Of a DNA stretch of 53,404 nucleotides, positions 8,215 to 19,536 are shown piece by piece. Position numbers and translations under genes: made by a program. Source of the DNA: Alphaproteobacteria bacterium (GTDB lineage Bacteria; Pseudomonadota; Alphaproteobacteria; UBA6615); the NCBI GenBank assembly GCA_965261975.1, contig CBDHEC010000025.1:1-53404 (forward strand), written 5' to 3'. A model generated the notes under the pieces. The model ran no database searches. It saw only the letters and a list, made by a program, of their open reading frames with translations, and was not told the DNA's origin. The first letter of the stretch is position 1; every line of letters begins with the position of its first letter.

Positions 8215-8931
8215 TCACCCCGCGCGGGCCATCACGCGCTTGCGATAGTCCCAGGTGCCGTCGATGAACAAATCGGACGTGAGAAACGCCTTTGCGTTCT
8301 CGATCTCGCCTTCGCGCATGGTCTGGATGGTTCCGGCTGCCATCGCCTTGAGTTGAACGCCCATGGAGCGTTCGAGTTCGATGGTCGAGATAACCGTGTC
8401 GCGTACCGACCGCCCGCCGACCAGGACCCCGTGATATTGCAGGATGAGTGCACGCTTGCCCGCGAGCTTGTCGACGATGGCGTCACCCTGTTCCGCGATC
8501 TCCTGGGCGTTGTCGTAGTCCTCGATAATGTCGATGTCGCCGTGGAAGCGTGCCGCGTTGCGATCGAATGTCTGGAGGTTTGCGCCGATGGCACCCATGG
8601 CGACGCAATTATCGCCGTGATGATGGGCAATGCACATGATGTCGGGCCGTGCGGCATAGACCATGCCGTGAATGCGCAAGGTCGGGTTGACCGTGCCGTC
8701 CGGCCCCTGAAGGTTCAGTTCGTAATCCACTTCGCGGAGATCGTCGTAGGCGACTTCTTCCACGCTCTTGCCAAGTTGGTAGGTCCAGAACGTATCGCTG
8801 CCAGGCGTGCGCATGGTGAGGTGTGCGAGGAGACCCAGTCCGAGCCCCGCATGCCCCAGCATGTGATAGCCGTCGACGAGTTCGTGCTTGAGAGTTTCGA
8901 TGGAAAGTTCGCTAGCGTCGGGCATGGCCAT
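8215..8931 (-). CDS. Class II aldolase/adducin family protein
   Basis: HLTMR, IHGMVYAARPDIMCIAHHH (metal-binding HxH) and ALILQYHGVLVGG motifs. Confidence 0.88.
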   Translation of the reverse strand: MAMPDASELSIETLKHELVDGYHMLGHAGLGLGLLAHLTMRTPGSDTFWTYQLGKSVEEVAYDDLREVDYELNLQGPDGTVNPTLRIHGMVYAARPDIMCIAHHHGDNCVAMGAIGANLQTFDRNAARFHGDIDIIEDYDNAQEIAEQGDAIVDKLAGKRALILQYHGVLVGGRSVRDTVISTIELERSMGVQLKAMAAGTIQTMREGEIENAKAFLTSDLFIDGTWDYRKRVMARAG

Positions 8932-9020
8932 TCCTCAAGGGTGGATTGTTTGGCGACCGGTGTGTTTTGTATCATCCGCCGGGCCGCATTCCGGCGCAAC
9001 TTTTCACCAGAGAGACAAGC

Positions 9021-9968
9021 ATGGCACTTCACCCTCAAATTGTTGCGTTGATCGAACGCGCCGCGGCTGCCGGGGTGCGCCCGACCCATGAGCTCACGCC
9101 CGAGGAGGCGCGGGTGCAGATGGACGAGATGTCGCGCGAACGCGATCAGGATCGCACGAAGGTGCGCATGGTCGCCGACACCGTAATCGACGGGGCGGGG
9201 GGCGACGACATGACCATGCGGGTCTATTGGCCCGACCTGGTGCAGACCGATATCGCGCCGGCCATCATGTTCTTCCATGGCGGCGGCCACGTAATCGGCA
9301 GCCTGAATTCCCACGATCAGGTGGCGCGTAATTTATGTGCAGATACGGGCTACCTGGTGGTCTCGGTCGATTACCGCATGGGCCCCGAGCACAAGTTTCC
9401 CGCAGCCCCCGAAGATTGTTACGCCGCGACCAAGTGGGTCGCGGAGAATACCCGCCAGCTCGGCGTGGACCCGGCCCGCATCGCGGTGGCCGGCGACAGC
9501 GCGGGCGCCAACCTCGCCGCGGTCGTGGCCATGATGGCCCGCGATGCGGGCGGCCCGGACATCGCGTTCCAGCTGCTGGTCTACCCGGTGGCGGACTATG
9601 CCTTCGACACGCCGTCTTACGAGACCTATGCGGAAGGTGCGGGTATTCTCACCGCCGCCGGCATGAACTGGTTTCGCGATCACTACTTGAACGGCCCTGA
9701 GGACCGGGAAGACTGGCGGGCCGCGCCGTTGCGAGCCAAGGATTTTTCGAATCTGCCTCCCGCAATGGTGATCACCGCGGAATGCGATGTCCTCCACGAT
9801 GAGGGTGTTGCACTGGCCAAGGCACTGGACGCTGCCGGGGTGCCCGTCGAGCACCGGGATTACCCGGGAATGATGCACGGTTTTTACTCGTTTGCACCCG
9901 TGGTCGATGACGGACGCGCCGCGCAAATTTACGCCGCCGAGGCGATGCGCAAGGTTCTTTCCGCCTGA
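9021..9968 (+). CDS. Alpha/beta hydrolase, hormone-sensitive-lipase (family IV) esterase
   Basis: HGGG oxyanion motif, VDYRMGPEHKFPAAPED, nucleophile GDSAG, ECDVLHDEG (Asp) and HGF (His). ATG at 9021 chosen. Confidence 0.95.
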   Translation: MALHPQIVALIERAAAAGVRPTHELTPEEARVQMDEMSRERDQDRTKVRMVADTVIDGAGGDDMTMRVYWPDLVQTDIAPAIMFFHGGGHVIGSLNSHDQVARNLCADTGYLVVSVDYRMGPEHKFPAAPEDCYAATKWVAENTRQLGVDPARIAVAGDSAGANLAAVVAMMARDAGGPDIAFQLLVYPVADYAFDTPSYETYAEGAGILTAAGMNWFRDHYLNGPEDREDWRAAPLRAKDFSNLPPAMVITAECDVLHDEGVALAKALDAAGVPVEHRDYPGMMHGFYSFAPVVDDGRAAQIYAAEAMRKVLSA

Positions 9969-9993
9969 ACAAGCGGAATCATGTCCCCTTCGC

Positions 9994-10022
9994 TTGACAT
10001 CAGGTGGGGGCGGCAGTACATC
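9994..10022 (+). promoter_or_regulatory. Putative sigma70 promoter of tRNA-Asp
   Basis: Perfect TTGACA-N17-TACATC ending 12 nt before the tRNA. A -10 lacking the final T is common in Alphaproteobacteria. Confidence 0.65.
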
Positions 10023-10034
10023 CGCTCTCGGCTT

Positions 10035-10111
<77 letters not shown>

Positions 10112-10137
10112 CTAAGCCCACAGACGAAGAATTGCGC

Positions 10138-10161
10138 CAGGACCCTCGCGGGTCCTGTTTT
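10138..10161 (+). terminator. Intrinsic terminator after tRNA-Asp
   Basis: CAGGACCC-TCGC-GGGTCCTG followed by TTTT. Confidence 0.75.
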
Positions 10162-10370
10162 GCATTCGAATCGGGTGTCAGGTCCGACGATTTCAAACAA
10201 GCGAAAATACTTGCGCTACAACGCCTCACGCGCGTGTTCGTAGTCTTGCACGGCCGTGCGCGCTGGTGTAAGCCTGAGCCCGCTTGATACGGGGTTTTCG
10301 GGCGTGCGATTCGGGGCCGATCCAGATCGGATAACGCACGCTTCCGAGGGCCGAAACCAAGGTTTTATCG

Positions 10371-10736
10371 ATGGAAGAACTCCTCCTCGAATACCTGCCG
10401 ATTTTGATCTTTCTCGGCCTGGCCGTCGGTCTGTCGGCCCTGATGATCATGGCATCCGTGATCGTCGGCGCACGCAAGCCCGACCCTGAAAAGAATTCCG
10501 CCTATGAGTGTGGCTTCGATGCCTTCGACGACGCGCGCATGAAGTTCGATGTGCGTTTCTATCTCGTGGCGATCCTGTTCATCATTTTCGACCTCGAGGT
10601 CGCCTTTCTCTTCCCCTGGGCCATCACGCTCTCGGATATCGGTGAATTCGGCTTCTGGTCGATGATCGTGTTCCTGGGAATCCTGACGGTCGGATTTGTT
10701 TATGAATGGCGCAAAGGAGCGCTCGAATGGGAATAA
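10371..10736 (+). CDS. nuoA: NADH-quinone oxidoreductase subunit A
   Basis: [40 protein letters not shown]. Confidence 0.98.
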   Translation: MEELLLEYLPILIFLGLAVGLSALMIMASVIVGARKPDPEKNSAYECGFDAFDDARMKFDVRFYLVAILFIIFDLEVAFLFPWAITLSDIGEFGFWSMIVFLGILTVGFVYEWRKGALEWE

Positions 10737-11275
10737 CCGTTCGCGACCCCGCCGAAGCCGTCTTCCAGCCCGGTCCCGATCAGGACGCGGCGATTGAAGC
10801 GGTCTCCGCGGAGCTGGCCGACAAGGGTTTCGTGCTGGCCAACGCAGACAAGCTGGTGAACTGGGCCCGCACGGGCTCGCTCTGGCCGATGACCTTCGGT
10901 CTGGCCTGCTGCGCAGTCGAGATGATGCACACGGCGGCATCGCGCTACGACATGGACCGGTTCGGTTTTCTGTTTCGGCCGAGCCCGCGCCAGTCCGATG
11001 TGATGATCGTCGCCGGCACGCTGACCAACAAGATGGCGCCGGCGCTCCGCAAGGTCTACGACCAGATGCCCGAGCCGCGCTGGGTGATCTCCATGGGCTC
11101 CTGCGCCAACGGCGGGGGCTACTACCATTATTCCTACTCGGTTGTGCGCGGATGCGACCGAATTGTTCCCGTCGATATCTACGTGCCCGGCTGCCCGCCC
11201 ACGGCAGAAGCATTGCTCTACGGCATCATGCAGTTGCAGCGAAAGATCCGGCGTACCGGAACCATCGCGCGCTAG
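10727..11275 (+). CDS. nuoB: NADH-quinone oxidoreductase subunit B
   Basis: [35 protein letters not shown] at 10727 follows AAGGAG. Confidence 0.98.
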   Translation: MGITVRDPAEAVFQPGPDQDAAIEAVSAELADKGFVLANADKLVNWARTGSLWPMTFGLACCAVEMMHTAASRYDMDRFGFLFRPSPRQSDVMIVAGTLTNKMAPALRKVYDQMPEPRWVISMGSCANGGGYYHYSYSVVRGCDRIVPVDIYVPGCPPTAEALLYGIMQLQRKIRRTGTIAR

Positions 11276-11309
11276 AACGGGCACCGAGCAAGGTATTACG
11301 GACACCGGC

Positions 11310-11939
11310 ATGGACGAAGCACTCACAGATCTCGGCGAATATATCGCCGCTGCGTTGCCGCAGGAAGTGATCGGCACCGAGGTCGCCGTCGGCGAGCTGA
11401 TGGTGACGGTGCGGCCGGCGTCGATCACCCGGGTGCTGACATTCCTGCGCGACGACAGTACCTGCCTCTTTAAGGTGCTCATCGATATCTGCGGTGCCGA
11501 CTATCCCGAGCGCGAGGCGCGGTTCGATGTTGTGTACACGTTGCTGTCGATGAGCCAGAACCAGCGCGTGCGCGTGAAGCTGAGTGTCGGCGAGGACGAA
11601 CCGGTACCATCTGCGACCAGCGTCTACAGCGCGGCCGGCTGGTGCGAGCGCGAGACCTGGGACATGTACGGCATCTACTTCGCCGATCACCCCGACCTGC
11701 GTCGAATCCTCACCGACTACGGGTTCGAGGGTCATCCGATGCGTAAGGACTTCCCGCTGACCGGGCGCGTGGAGGTGCGTTACGACGAGACCCAGAAGCG
11801 CGTTGTCTACGATCCGGTCAAGCTGACCCAGGATTTCCGCAGCTTTGATTTTCTCAGTCCCTGGGAGGGCATGAACGAAATTCTCCCCGGTGATGAAAAG
11901 GCCGAAGTTGATGAGGAAGAGGGGGCCGAGAGCACCTGA
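11310..11939 (+). CDS. nuoC: NADH-quinone oxidoreductase subunit C
   Basis: [40 protein letters not shown]. Confidence 0.97.
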   Translation: MDEALTDLGEYIAAALPQEVIGTEVAVGELMVTVRPASITRVLTFLRDDSTCLFKVLIDICGADYPEREARFDVVYTLLSMSQNQRVRVKLSVGEDEPVPSATSVYSAAGWCERETWDMYGIYFADHPDLRRILTDYGFEGHPMRKDFPLTGRVEVRYDETQKRVVYDPVKLTQDFRSFDFLSPWEGMNEILPGDEKAEVDEEEGAEST

Positions 11940-13117
11940 TGTCCGAAGTCGCGATCAAGAATATGACCCTCAACTTCGGGCCGCAGCATCCCGCGGCCCA
12001 TGGCGTGCTCCGCCTCGTCCTCGAAATGGACGGGGAGGTTGTCGAGCGCGCCGATCCGCATATCGGGCTGCTCCATCGGGGCACCGAGAAGCTGATCGAG
12101 TACAAGACCTATCTGCAGGCGGTGCCCTATTTCGACCGGCTCGATTACGTCTCGCCGATGTGCCAGGAGCACACTTACGCCCTGGCGGTTGAAAAGCTGC
12201 TCGGCATCGAAGTGCCCGAGCGCGGCCAGTATATTCGGGTGCTGTTCTCCGAGATCACCCGCATCCTCAACCACATCATGAACCTGACGACCTACGCGCT
12301 GGATGTCGGGGCCATGACGCCATTGCTGTGGGGGTTCGAGGAACGCGAGCGGATGATGGAATTCTACGAGCGGGTCTCGGGCGCACGGCTGCATGCGGCC
12401 TATTTCCGTCCGGGCGGTGTGCATCAGGATCTGCCCGCGGGACTGGTCGAGGATATCTACGCCTTCTGCGAGAGCTATCCGAAGTTCATCGACGACATGG
12501 AAAGCCTGCTCACCGAGAACCGTATCTTCAAGCAGCGCACCGTCGATATCGGCGTGTTCTCGCCCGAAGAGGCGATGGACTGGGGCATGACCGGCCCGAC
12601 CCTGCGTGCGAGTGGCGTGGCGTGGGATTTGCGCAAGTCCCAGCCCTATGACGTCTACGACCGGATGGATTTCGATGTGCCGGTGGGCAAGACCGGTGAC
12701 TGCTATACCCGTTATCTGGTTCGGGTCGAGGAGATGCGTCAGAGCCTGAGGATCATCAAGCAGTGCCTGGACGAGATGCCCGATGGTCCCGTCATGACGC
12801 AGAACCACAAGCTCACCCCGCCGCGCCGCGGCGAGATGAAGCATTCGATGGAAGCGCTGATCCATCATTTCAAGCTCTACACCGAGGGTTATCACGTGCC
12901 CGCCGGCGAGACCTACACGGCCGTCGAGGCGCCGAAAGGCGAATTCGGCGTCTATCTCGTGGCCGATGGCAGCAACAAGCCCTATCGCTGCAAGATCCGC
13001 GCGCCGGGCTTTGCCTTCATGCAGGCCGTCGAGGCCCTGACGAAGGGCCATATGCTGGCGGATGTGCCGGCGGTGATCGGCAGCCTTGATATCGTGTTCG
13101 GAGAGGTCGACCGATGA
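11939..13117 (+). CDS. nuoD: NADH-quinone oxidoreductase subunit D
   Basis: [44 protein letters not shown]. Confidence 0.98.
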   Translation: MSEVAIKNMTLNFGPQHPAAHGVLRLVLEMDGEVVERADPHIGLLHRGTEKLIEYKTYLQAVPYFDRLDYVSPMCQEHTYALAVEKLLGIEVPERGQYIRVLFSEITRILNHIMNLTTYALDVGAMTPLLWGFEERERMMEFYERVSGARLHAAYFRPGGVHQDLPAGLVEDIYAFCESYPKFIDDMESLLTENRIFKQRTVDIGVFSPEEAMDWGMTGPTLRASGVAWDLRKSQPYDVYDRMDFDVPVGKTGDCYTRYLVRVEEMRQSLRIIKQCLDEMPDGPVMTQNHKLTPPRRGEMKHSMEALIHHFKLYTEGYHVPAGETYTAVEAPKGEFGVYLVADGSNKPYRCKIRAPGFAFMQAVEALTKGHMLADVPAVIGSLDIVFGEVDR

Positions 13118-13698
13118 GCGACACGTTTGCTTTTGACGACACCTATCGCGCCCGTGCCGAGACGATCGTGGCGCGCTATCCCGAAGGCCGGCAGCAGAGC
13201 GCGGTGATCCCGCTGCTCGACCTGGCCCAGCGGCAGGCCGGTGGCTGGTTGCCGACCGAGGCGCTGGAGCATGTGGCCGCCTATCTCGATATGCCCAAGA
13301 TCCGGGTGCTCGAGGTCGCGAGTTTCTATTCGATGTTCAACCTGGAGCCGGTCGGCAAGAATTTCGTGCAGCTGTGCCGCACGACGCCATGCTGGTTGCG
13401 CGGGTCCGACGACCTGCGCGCGGTGGCCGAGGAAGTCACCGGATGTGGGCTCGGCGAGACGAGCGACGACGGCGCCTTCACCGTGGTCGAGGTCGAGTGC
13501 CTCGGCGCCTGTTGCAACGCGCCCATGGTTCAGATCAACGACGAGTATTACGAGGACCTGACGGCCGAAAGTTTCAAGGATGTCCTGGAAGCGCTCAAGC
13601 GCGGCGAGACACCGAAGCCCGGGTCCCAATCGGGGCGGGCGGGGTCCGAGCCGACCGGTGAACGCGCCAGCTTGACCGGCGCCGGGGAGGGTGCGTGA
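13114..13698 (+). CDS. nuoE: NADH-quinone oxidoreductase subunit E
   Basis: [10 protein letters not shown]...[10 protein letters not shown] 2Fe-2S motif. Confidence 0.97.
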   Translation: MSDTFAFDDTYRARAETIVARYPEGRQQSAVIPLLDLAQRQAGGWLPTEALEHVAAYLDMPKIRVLEVASFYSMFNLEPVGKNFVQLCRTTPCWLRGSDDLRAVAEEVTGCGLGETSDDGAFTVVEVECLGACCNAPMVQINDEYYEDLTAESFKDVLEALKRGETPKPGSQSGRAGSEPTGERASLTGAGEGA

Positions 13699-14999
13699 TG
13701 CTTCAGGACAAGGATCGTATCTTCCAGAACCTCTATGGCCAGGATGACTGGCGGCTCGAGGGCGCGAAGCGCCGGGGCATCTGGGACAACACCAAGGCGC
13801 TCATCGAACGTGGCCGGGAAACGTTGGTCAACGAGATGAAGGAATCCGGCCTGCGCGGACGCGGCGGGGCGGGTTTCCCGACGGGCGTGAAATGGTCGTT
13901 CATGCCGCCCGAAGAACGTCGCGACGGACGACCCCATTATCTGGTGGTCAATGCGGACGAGTCGGAACCGGGTACCTGCAAGGACCGCGAGATCCTGCGC
14001 TACGACCCCCACACGCTGGTCGAGGGCTGCTTGGTGGCGGGCTTCGCGATGGGGGCGAACGCGGCCTATATCTATGTGCGCGGTGAGTTCTATTCCGAGG
14101 CCTCTCATCTGCAGCAGGCCATCGACGAGGCCTATGAGGCCGGACTGATCGGCCCGAATGCGTGCAATTCGGGCTGGGACTTCGACGTCTATCTGCATCG
14201 GGGTGCGGGTGCGTATATCTGCGGCGAGGAAACGGCACTGCTCGAAAGCCTCGAAGGCAAGAAAGGCCAGCCGCGGCTCAAGCCTCCGTTCCCGGCGGCC
14301 TGTGGCCTGTATGGCTGTCCGACGACGGTCAACAATGTCGAGACCATCGCGGTGGCGCCGACCATATTGCGTCGCGGGCCGTCATGGTTTGCGGGCTTTG
14401 GCCGCGAGAACAACACCGGCACCAAGATCTTCTCTATATCCGGCCATGTGAACAATCCGTGCAACGTCGAGGAAGAGATGAGCATTCCCCTGAAGGAGCT
14501 CATCGAGAAGCATGCCGGCGGTGTGCGCGGCGGCTGGGAAAATCTCCAGGCCGTGATCCCGGGCGGGTCCTCCACGCCGTGTTTGTCGAAGAACATCTGC
14601 GACAACGTGCTGATGGATTTCGACTCCCTGCGCGAGCACAGCACCGGGCTTGGAACCGCCGCGGTGATCGTCATCGACAAGTCGGCCGACATGGTCGAGG
14701 CGATTGCACGGCTGAGCCATTTTTACCGCCATGAGAGCTGCGGCCAGTGCACACCGTGTCGCGAGGGCATGGGCTGGGTGTATCGGGTTATGCAGCGGCT
14801 GGTGACCGGCGATGCCGAAATCGAGGAAATCGACATGCTCTGGGAAGTGACCAAGCAGATCGAGGGCCACACCATTTGTGCGCTCGCCGACGGCGGTGTA
14901 TGGCCGGTCCAGGGCTTGATCCGGCATTTCCGGCCGGAACTCGAGCGCCGCATTCTCGAGCGCAAGACGGGCAGTGCACCCGCTCAGGCCGCGGAATAG
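13698..14999 (+). CDS. nuoF: NADH-quinone oxidoreductase subunit F
   Basis: [51 protein letters not shown]. Confidence 0.98.
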   Translation: MLQDKDRIFQNLYGQDDWRLEGAKRRGIWDNTKALIERGRETLVNEMKESGLRGRGGAGFPTGVKWSFMPPEERRDGRPHYLVVNADESEPGTCKDREILRYDPHTLVEGCLVAGFAMGANAAYIYVRGEFYSEASHLQQAIDEAYEAGLIGPNACNSGWDFDVYLHRGAGAYICGEETALLESLEGKKGQPRLKPPFPAACGLYGCPTTVNNVETIAVAPTILRRGPSWFAGFGRENNTGTKIFSISGHVNNPCNVEEEMSIPLKELIEKHAGGVRGGWENLQAVIPGGSSTPCLSKNICDNVLMDFDSLREHSTGLGTAAVIVIDKSADMVEAIARLSHFYRHESCGQCTPCREGMGWVYRVMQRLVTGDAEIEEIDMLWEVTKQIEGHTICALADGGVWPVQGLIRHFRPELERRILERKTGSAPAQAAE

Positions 15000-15010
15000 G
15001 GAGCGGATAG

Positions 15011-17077
15011 ATGCCAACAGTGACCGTCGACGGCGTCGAGATCGAAGTTCCCGATGGGGTGACCGCGTTGCAGGCCTGCGAGATGGCCGGCAAGGAAATT
15101 CCGCGATTCTGTTACCACGAGCGCCTCTCGGTCGCCGGTAACTGCCGCATGTGCTTGGTTGAAGTCTCGCCCGGTCCGCCCAAGCCCGCCGCATCCTGTG
15201 CGCTGCCGGTCGCGGACGGCATGGAGATCAAGACCGACAGCGAAATGGTCAAGAAGGCCCGCAACGGGGTGATGGAGTTCCTGCTCATCAACCACCCGCT
15301 GGACTGTCCGATCTGCGACCAGGGCGGCGAATGCGACCTCCAGGACCAGGCCATGGCCTATGGCCGCGACGGCTCGCGCTTCGAAGAGCATAAGCGCGCG
15401 GTCAAGGACAAGCATATGGGGCCGCTGGTCAAGACGATCATGACCCGCTGCATCCACTGCACCCGCTGCGTGCGGTTCGCGACGGAGATTGCCGGTGTGC
15501 CGGAACTCGGCCTGCTGGGCCGCGGCGAGCATGCCGAGATCACGACCTATCTCGAGAAATCCCTCGATTCCGAGTTGAGCGCAAACGTCATTGATCTGTG
15601 CCCGGTCGGTGCGCTGACGTCCAAGCCCTATGCGTTTGTCTCGCGGCCGTGGGAATTGTCGAAGACCGAATCCATCGATGTGCTCGATGCGGTCGGTGCC
15701 GCGATCCGGGTGGATGCACGCCAGACAGAGGTATTGCGCGTTCTGCCGCGCCTCAATGAGGACGTGAACGAGGAATGGCTCGGCGACAAGTCACGCTACG
15801 CCTGTGATGCGCTGTCGCGCCAGCGCCTCGATCGACCCTATGTTCGCCGGGACGGAAAGCTCACCGAGGCGAGTTGGGACGAAGCCTTCGCGGCGATCGC
15901 GGACAAGATGAAGGGCCTCGACGGCAGCCGTATCGCGGCCATCGCCGGAGACCTGTGTGATGCCGAATCCATGTTTGCTCTCAAGGGGTTAATGGACGCT
16001 GTTGGTTCGCCGAACTTGGATTGCCGCCAGGACGGCGCGAAGCTCTCGACCGGTGCGCGCGCGGGTTATCTGATGAACACGACCATCGCCGGGCTCGAGA
16101 CGGCGGACGCGGTGCTCCTGATCGGCAGCAACCCACGCTGGGAAGCACCGCTGGTCAACACGCGCCTGCGCAAGGCCTGGCTCCAGGGCGGTGCAGCGAT
16201 CGCCGCCGTCGGTCCGCAGATCGACCTGACCTATCCGTGTGAAAACCTGGGTGCCGGACCGGACACGCTGAAGGCCATAGCCGATGGTTCCCATCCGTTC
16301 GCCGAGACCCTCAAGAGTGCCGAGCGGCCGGTCGTGATTGTCGGCATGGGTGCGCTTGCCCGCAGTGACGGCGACGCGGTGCTGGCGAGTGCGCGGGCGC
16401 TGGCAGAAAGCTGCAATGTCGTGCGTGACGGCTGGAACGGCTTCAACGTTCTGCATACGGCCGCCGCGCGCGTGGGTGGCCTCGATCTCGGCTTCGTGCC
16501 GGGCGAAGGCGGTCGCGATGTGGCGGGCATCGTTGCCGGTGCCGCGGCCGGTGACATCGAGCTTGTTTATCTGCTGGGCGCCGATGAGATCGACACGTCC
16601 GGCCTGGGCGATGCGTTCGTCGTCTATCAGGGCCACCATGGTGATACCGGTGCGCACCGCGCCGACGTGATTTTGCCGGGGGCTGCCTACACCGAGAAGA
16701 ACGGCACCTATGTGAACACGGAAGGCCGGGTGCAACTCGGGCGTCAGGCGGTACAGCCGCCAGGCGATGCCCGTGAGGACTGGAGCATTCTGCGCGCGCT
16801 GTCGGACGTGGTGGGCGCGAAACTGGACTATATGACGCTGGGCGACGTGCGCGCCGCGATGTCGGCCGCAAACCCCGTCTTCGATCAGGTCGACGAGGTC
16901 CCGGCGGCGAGCTGGGAGACGTTCGGGACCGCCGGAGAGATGGATGCGGCACCGTTCGAAAGCCCGGTGGCCAACTACTATATGACCGACCCGATCAGTC
17001 GCGCGTCCGAGACGATGGCCGAATGCACCCGTGAGTTCGTGACGGGCAACGGCGAGAGGACCGGCACGGATGGTTGA
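15011..17077 (+). CDS. nuoG: NADH-quinone oxidoreductase subunit G
   Basis: [46 protein letters not shown]. Confidence 0.98.
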   Translation: MPTVTVDGVEIEVPDGVTALQACEMAGKEIPRFCYHERLSVAGNCRMCLVEVSPGPPKPAASCALPVADGMEIKTDSEMVKKARNGVMEFLLINHPLDCPICDQGGECDLQDQAMAYGRDGSRFEEHKRAVKDKHMGPLVKTIMTRCIHCTRCVRFATEIAGVPELGLLGRGEHAEITTYLEKSLDSELSANVIDLCPVGALTSKPYAFVSRPWELSKTESIDVLDAVGAAIRVDARQTEVLRVLPRLNEDVNEEWLGDKSRYACDALSRQRLDRPYVRRDGKLTEASWDEAFAAIADKMKGLDGSRIAAIAGDLCDAESMFALKGLMDAVGSPNLDCRQDGAKLSTGARAGYLMNTTIAGLETADAVLLIGSNPRWEAPLVNTRLRKAWLQGGAAIAAVGPQIDLTYPCENLGAGPDTLKAIADGSHPFAETLKSAERPVVIVGMGALARSDGDAVLASARALAESCNVVRDGWNGFNVLHTAAARVGGLDLGFVPGEGGRDVAGIVAGAAAGDIELVYLLGADEIDTSGLGDAFVVYQGHHGDTGAHRADVILPGAAYTEKNGTYVNTEGRVQLGRQAVQPPGDAREDWSILRALSDVVGAKLDYMTLGDVRAAMSAANPVFDQVDEVPAASWETFGTAGEMDAAPFESPVANYYMTDPISRASETMAECTREFVTGNGERTGTDG

Positions 17078-18089
17078 GTTCTGGTGGTCATATGCCTGGC
17101 CGACGGTCTGGATCGTTATCCAGATCCTGTTCATCGTCGTGCCGCTGCTCATTGTGGTTGCGTACCTGACATACGCCGAGCGCAAGGTGATCGGGCTTAT
17201 GCAATTGCGCATGGGGCCGAACGTGGTGGGGCCATTCGGCCTGCTGCAGCCCTTTGCCGACGCGCTCAAGCTGATGACCAAGGAACTGATCATTCCGACC
17301 GGCGCGAACCGGGTGGTCTTCCTGCTGGCGCCGATGTTGACCTTCATCCTTGCCATGGTCGGCTGGGCGGTCATTCCGGTCGACGATGGCTGGGTCCTGT
17401 CCGACATCAATGTCGGTATCCTCTACCTCTTCGCCATCAGCTCGCTGGGTGTCTACGGCATCATCATGGCCGGCTGGGCGTCGAACTCGAAATACCCGTT
17501 CCTGGGTGCGCTGCGCTCCGCGGCTCAGATGGTGTCCTACGAGGTTTCCATTGGCTTCGTGATTATCACAGTGCTGCTGGCCGTCGGTTCGCTGAACCTG
17601 ACCGATATCGTCCTGGCGCAGCAGGATGTCTGGTTCTTCATTCCATTGCTGCCGATGTTCATCGTGTTCGTGGTGTCGGCGCTGGCAGAGACCAACCGCG
17701 CGCCGTTCGACCTGCCGGAAGCGGAAGCCGAGCTCGTGACCGGCTACAACGTCGAATATTCGGCGATGGCCTTTGCGCTGTTCTTCCTGGGTGAATACGC
17801 CAACATGGTGTTGATGAGCGGGATGACCGTCATCCTGTTCCTGGGCGGCTGGCTGCCGCCGCTCGACATCGCGATCTTCAACTGGGTGCCCGGGATCATC
17901 TGGTTCGCTCTCAAGGTCTCGGCCATGCTGTTCGTGTTCCTTTGGGTGCGCGCGACTTTGCCGCGATATCGATATGACCAGCTCATGCGGCTGGGCTGGA
18001 AGGTGTTCCTGCCGGCCTCGCTGCTTTGGGTTGTGGTGACCGCGGGCGCGATCGTCGTGTTCGACTGGTATCCCGGCGTTGTGAATTAG
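17070..18089 (+). CDS. nuoH: NADH-quinone oxidoreductase subunit H
   Basis: ERKVIG...[47 protein letters not shown]. Confidence 0.98.
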   Translation: MVEFWWSYAWPTVWIVIQILFIVVPLLIVVAYLTYAERKVIGLMQLRMGPNVVGPFGLLQPFADALKLMTKELIIPTGANRVVFLLAPMLTFILAMVGWAVIPVDDGWVLSDINVGILYLFAISSLGVYGIIMAGWASNSKYPFLGALRSAAQMVSYEVSIGFVIITVLLAVGSLNLTDIVLAQQDVWFFIPLLPMFIVFVVSALAETNRAPFDLPEAEAELVTGYNVEYSAMAFALFFLGEYANMVLMSGMTVILFLGGWLPPLDIAIFNWVPGIIWFALKVSAMLFVFLWVRATLPRYRYDQLMRLGWKVFLPASLLWVVVTAGAIVVFDWYPGVVN

Positions 18090-18099
18090 GAGGAACGAT

Positions 18100-18588
18100 A
18101 TGGCTATGCTCGACCGTACCGCCCGTTCGCTGCTCCTGCTGGAGATCGTCGCCGGCATGTGGCTCACCTTGAAGTACTTCTTCAAGCCGAAGGTCACGAT
18201 CAACTATCCCTACGAGAAAGGGCCGATCAGCCCGCGCTTTCGCGGAGAGCATGCGCTGCGCCGTTATCCGAATGGCGAGGAGCGCTGTATCGCTTGCAAG
18301 CTTTGCGAGGCGATCTGCCCGGCCCAGGCGATTACGATCGAGGCGGAACCGCGTGACGATGGATCGCGCCGCACGACCCGCTACGACATTGATATGACGA
18401 AATGCATCTATTGCGGCTTCTGTCAGGAAGCCTGCCCGGTGGATGCCATCGTCGAAGGCCCGAACTTCGAGTTTGCGACCGAGACCCGTGAGGAGCTGAT
18501 GTATGACAAGGAAAAGCTTCTCGTGAACGGCGATCGGTGGGAATCCGAGCTCGCGTCGGCGCTCGCCGCTGACGCGCCGTACCGGTAG
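18100..18588 (+). CDS. nuoI: NADH-quinone oxidoreductase subunit I
   Basis: Two CxxCxxCxxxCP motifs ([12 protein letters not shown] and [12 protein letters not shown]). Confidence 0.98.
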   Translation: MAMLDRTARSLLLLEIVAGMWLTLKYFFKPKVTINYPYEKGPISPRFRGEHALRRYPNGEERCIACKLCEAICPAQAITIEAEPRDDGSRRTTRYDIDMTKCIYCGFCQEACPVDAIVEGPNFEFATETREELMYDKEKLLVNGDRWESELASALAADAPYR

Positions 18589-18603
18589 GCGGGGGACGAG
18601 ACT

Positions 18604-19218
18604 TTGGTCATTCAGGCACTCGCATTTTACCTCTTCGCCGCTATCGCCGTTGCATCGGGTGTGATGGTCATATCCGCCCGCAACCCGGTGCATTCGGTCC
18701 TGTTCCTGATTCTTGCCTTCTTCAATTCCGCCGGGCTCTTCGTCCTGATCGGTGCGGAATTCCTGGCGATGGTTCTGGTCATTGTCTATGTCGGCGCGGT
18801 CGCGGTGTTGTTCCTCTTCGTCGTCATGATGCTCGACATCAACTTCGCCGAGCTGCGCGAAGGCTTCCTGCAATATCTGCCGATCGGGGCCCTGATCGGG
18901 CTGATCCTGGCCGCCGAGCTGATCCTGATCTTCGGGACGTGGATCGTCGCGCCGGATTCCGGGCAAGCCCTGACGGCGCCGATCCTGCCGCCGGATCAGG
19001 TGACCAACACCCATGCACTCGGCCAGATCATCTATACCGACTACATCTACCTGTTCCAGGCATCGGGCCTGATTCTGCTGATCGCGATGATCGGTGCGAT
19101 TGTCCTGACGTTGCGGCACCGGCCCGGCGTGCGGCGACAGAAGATCGCCGATCAGGTCTCGCGCCGTCGCGAGGACGTGGTCGAAGTGCGTGATATCACC
19201 ACGGGGAGCGGCGCCTGA
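18604..19218 (+). CDS. nuoJ: NADH-quinone oxidoreductase subunit J
   Basis: [28 protein letters not shown]; TTG start. Confidence 0.96.
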   Translation: MVIQALAFYLFAAIAVASGVMVISARNPVHSVLFLILAFFNSAGLFVLIGAEFLAMVLVIVYVGAVAVLFLFVVMMLDINFAELREGFLQYLPIGALIGLILAAELILIFGTWIVAPDSGQALTAPILPPDQVTNTHALGQIIYTDYIYLFQASGLILLIAMIGAIVLTLRHRPGVRRQKIADQVSRRREDVVEVRDITTGSGA

Positions 19219-19529
19219 TGCTTGAAATCGGTCTTTCCCATTATCTGACGGTCGGGGCGATCCTGTTCACCCTCGGCATCTTCGGTATCTTCCTGAACCG
19301 CAAGAACGTGATCATCATCATGATGTCCATCGAGTTGATGCTGCTCGCGGTCAACATCAACTTCGTCGCCTTTTCCGCCCATCTCGGAGACCTGGTTGGC
19401 CAGGTGTTTGCGATGTTCATTCTTACGGTCGCCGCGGCGGAAGCCGCGATCGGGCTGGCCATTCTTGTTGTCTATTTCCGCAACCGCGGATCGATTGCGG
19501 TCGAAGACATCAACATGATGAAGGGTTGA
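19218..19529 (+). CDS. nuoK: NADH-quinone oxidoreductase subunit K
   Basis: [32 protein letters not shown]. Confidence 0.97.
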   Translation: MLEIGLSHYLTVGAILFTLGIFGIFLNRKNVIIIMMSIELMLLAVNINFVAFSAHLGDLVGQVFAMFILTVAAAEAAIGLAILVVYFRNRGSIAVEDINMMKG

Positions 19530-19536
19530 TCGGGAG

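Larger units (their letters stand above)
3752..10034. other. Accessory six-gene metabolic cluster between tRNA-Val and tRNA-Asp
   Basis: Six non-core enzyme genes separate lon-hupB-tRNA-Val from tRNA-Asp-nuoA. No integrase or att repeat is visible. Confidence 0.65.

Noticed and set aside
9969-10034. Possible attR duplicate of the tRNA-Val 3' end marking an integrative element
   Set aside because: No direct repeat of the tRNA-Val 3' end was found, only a short GC-rich inverted resemblance inside the tRNA-Asp promoter spacer. No integrase is present, so it is not called a mobile element.
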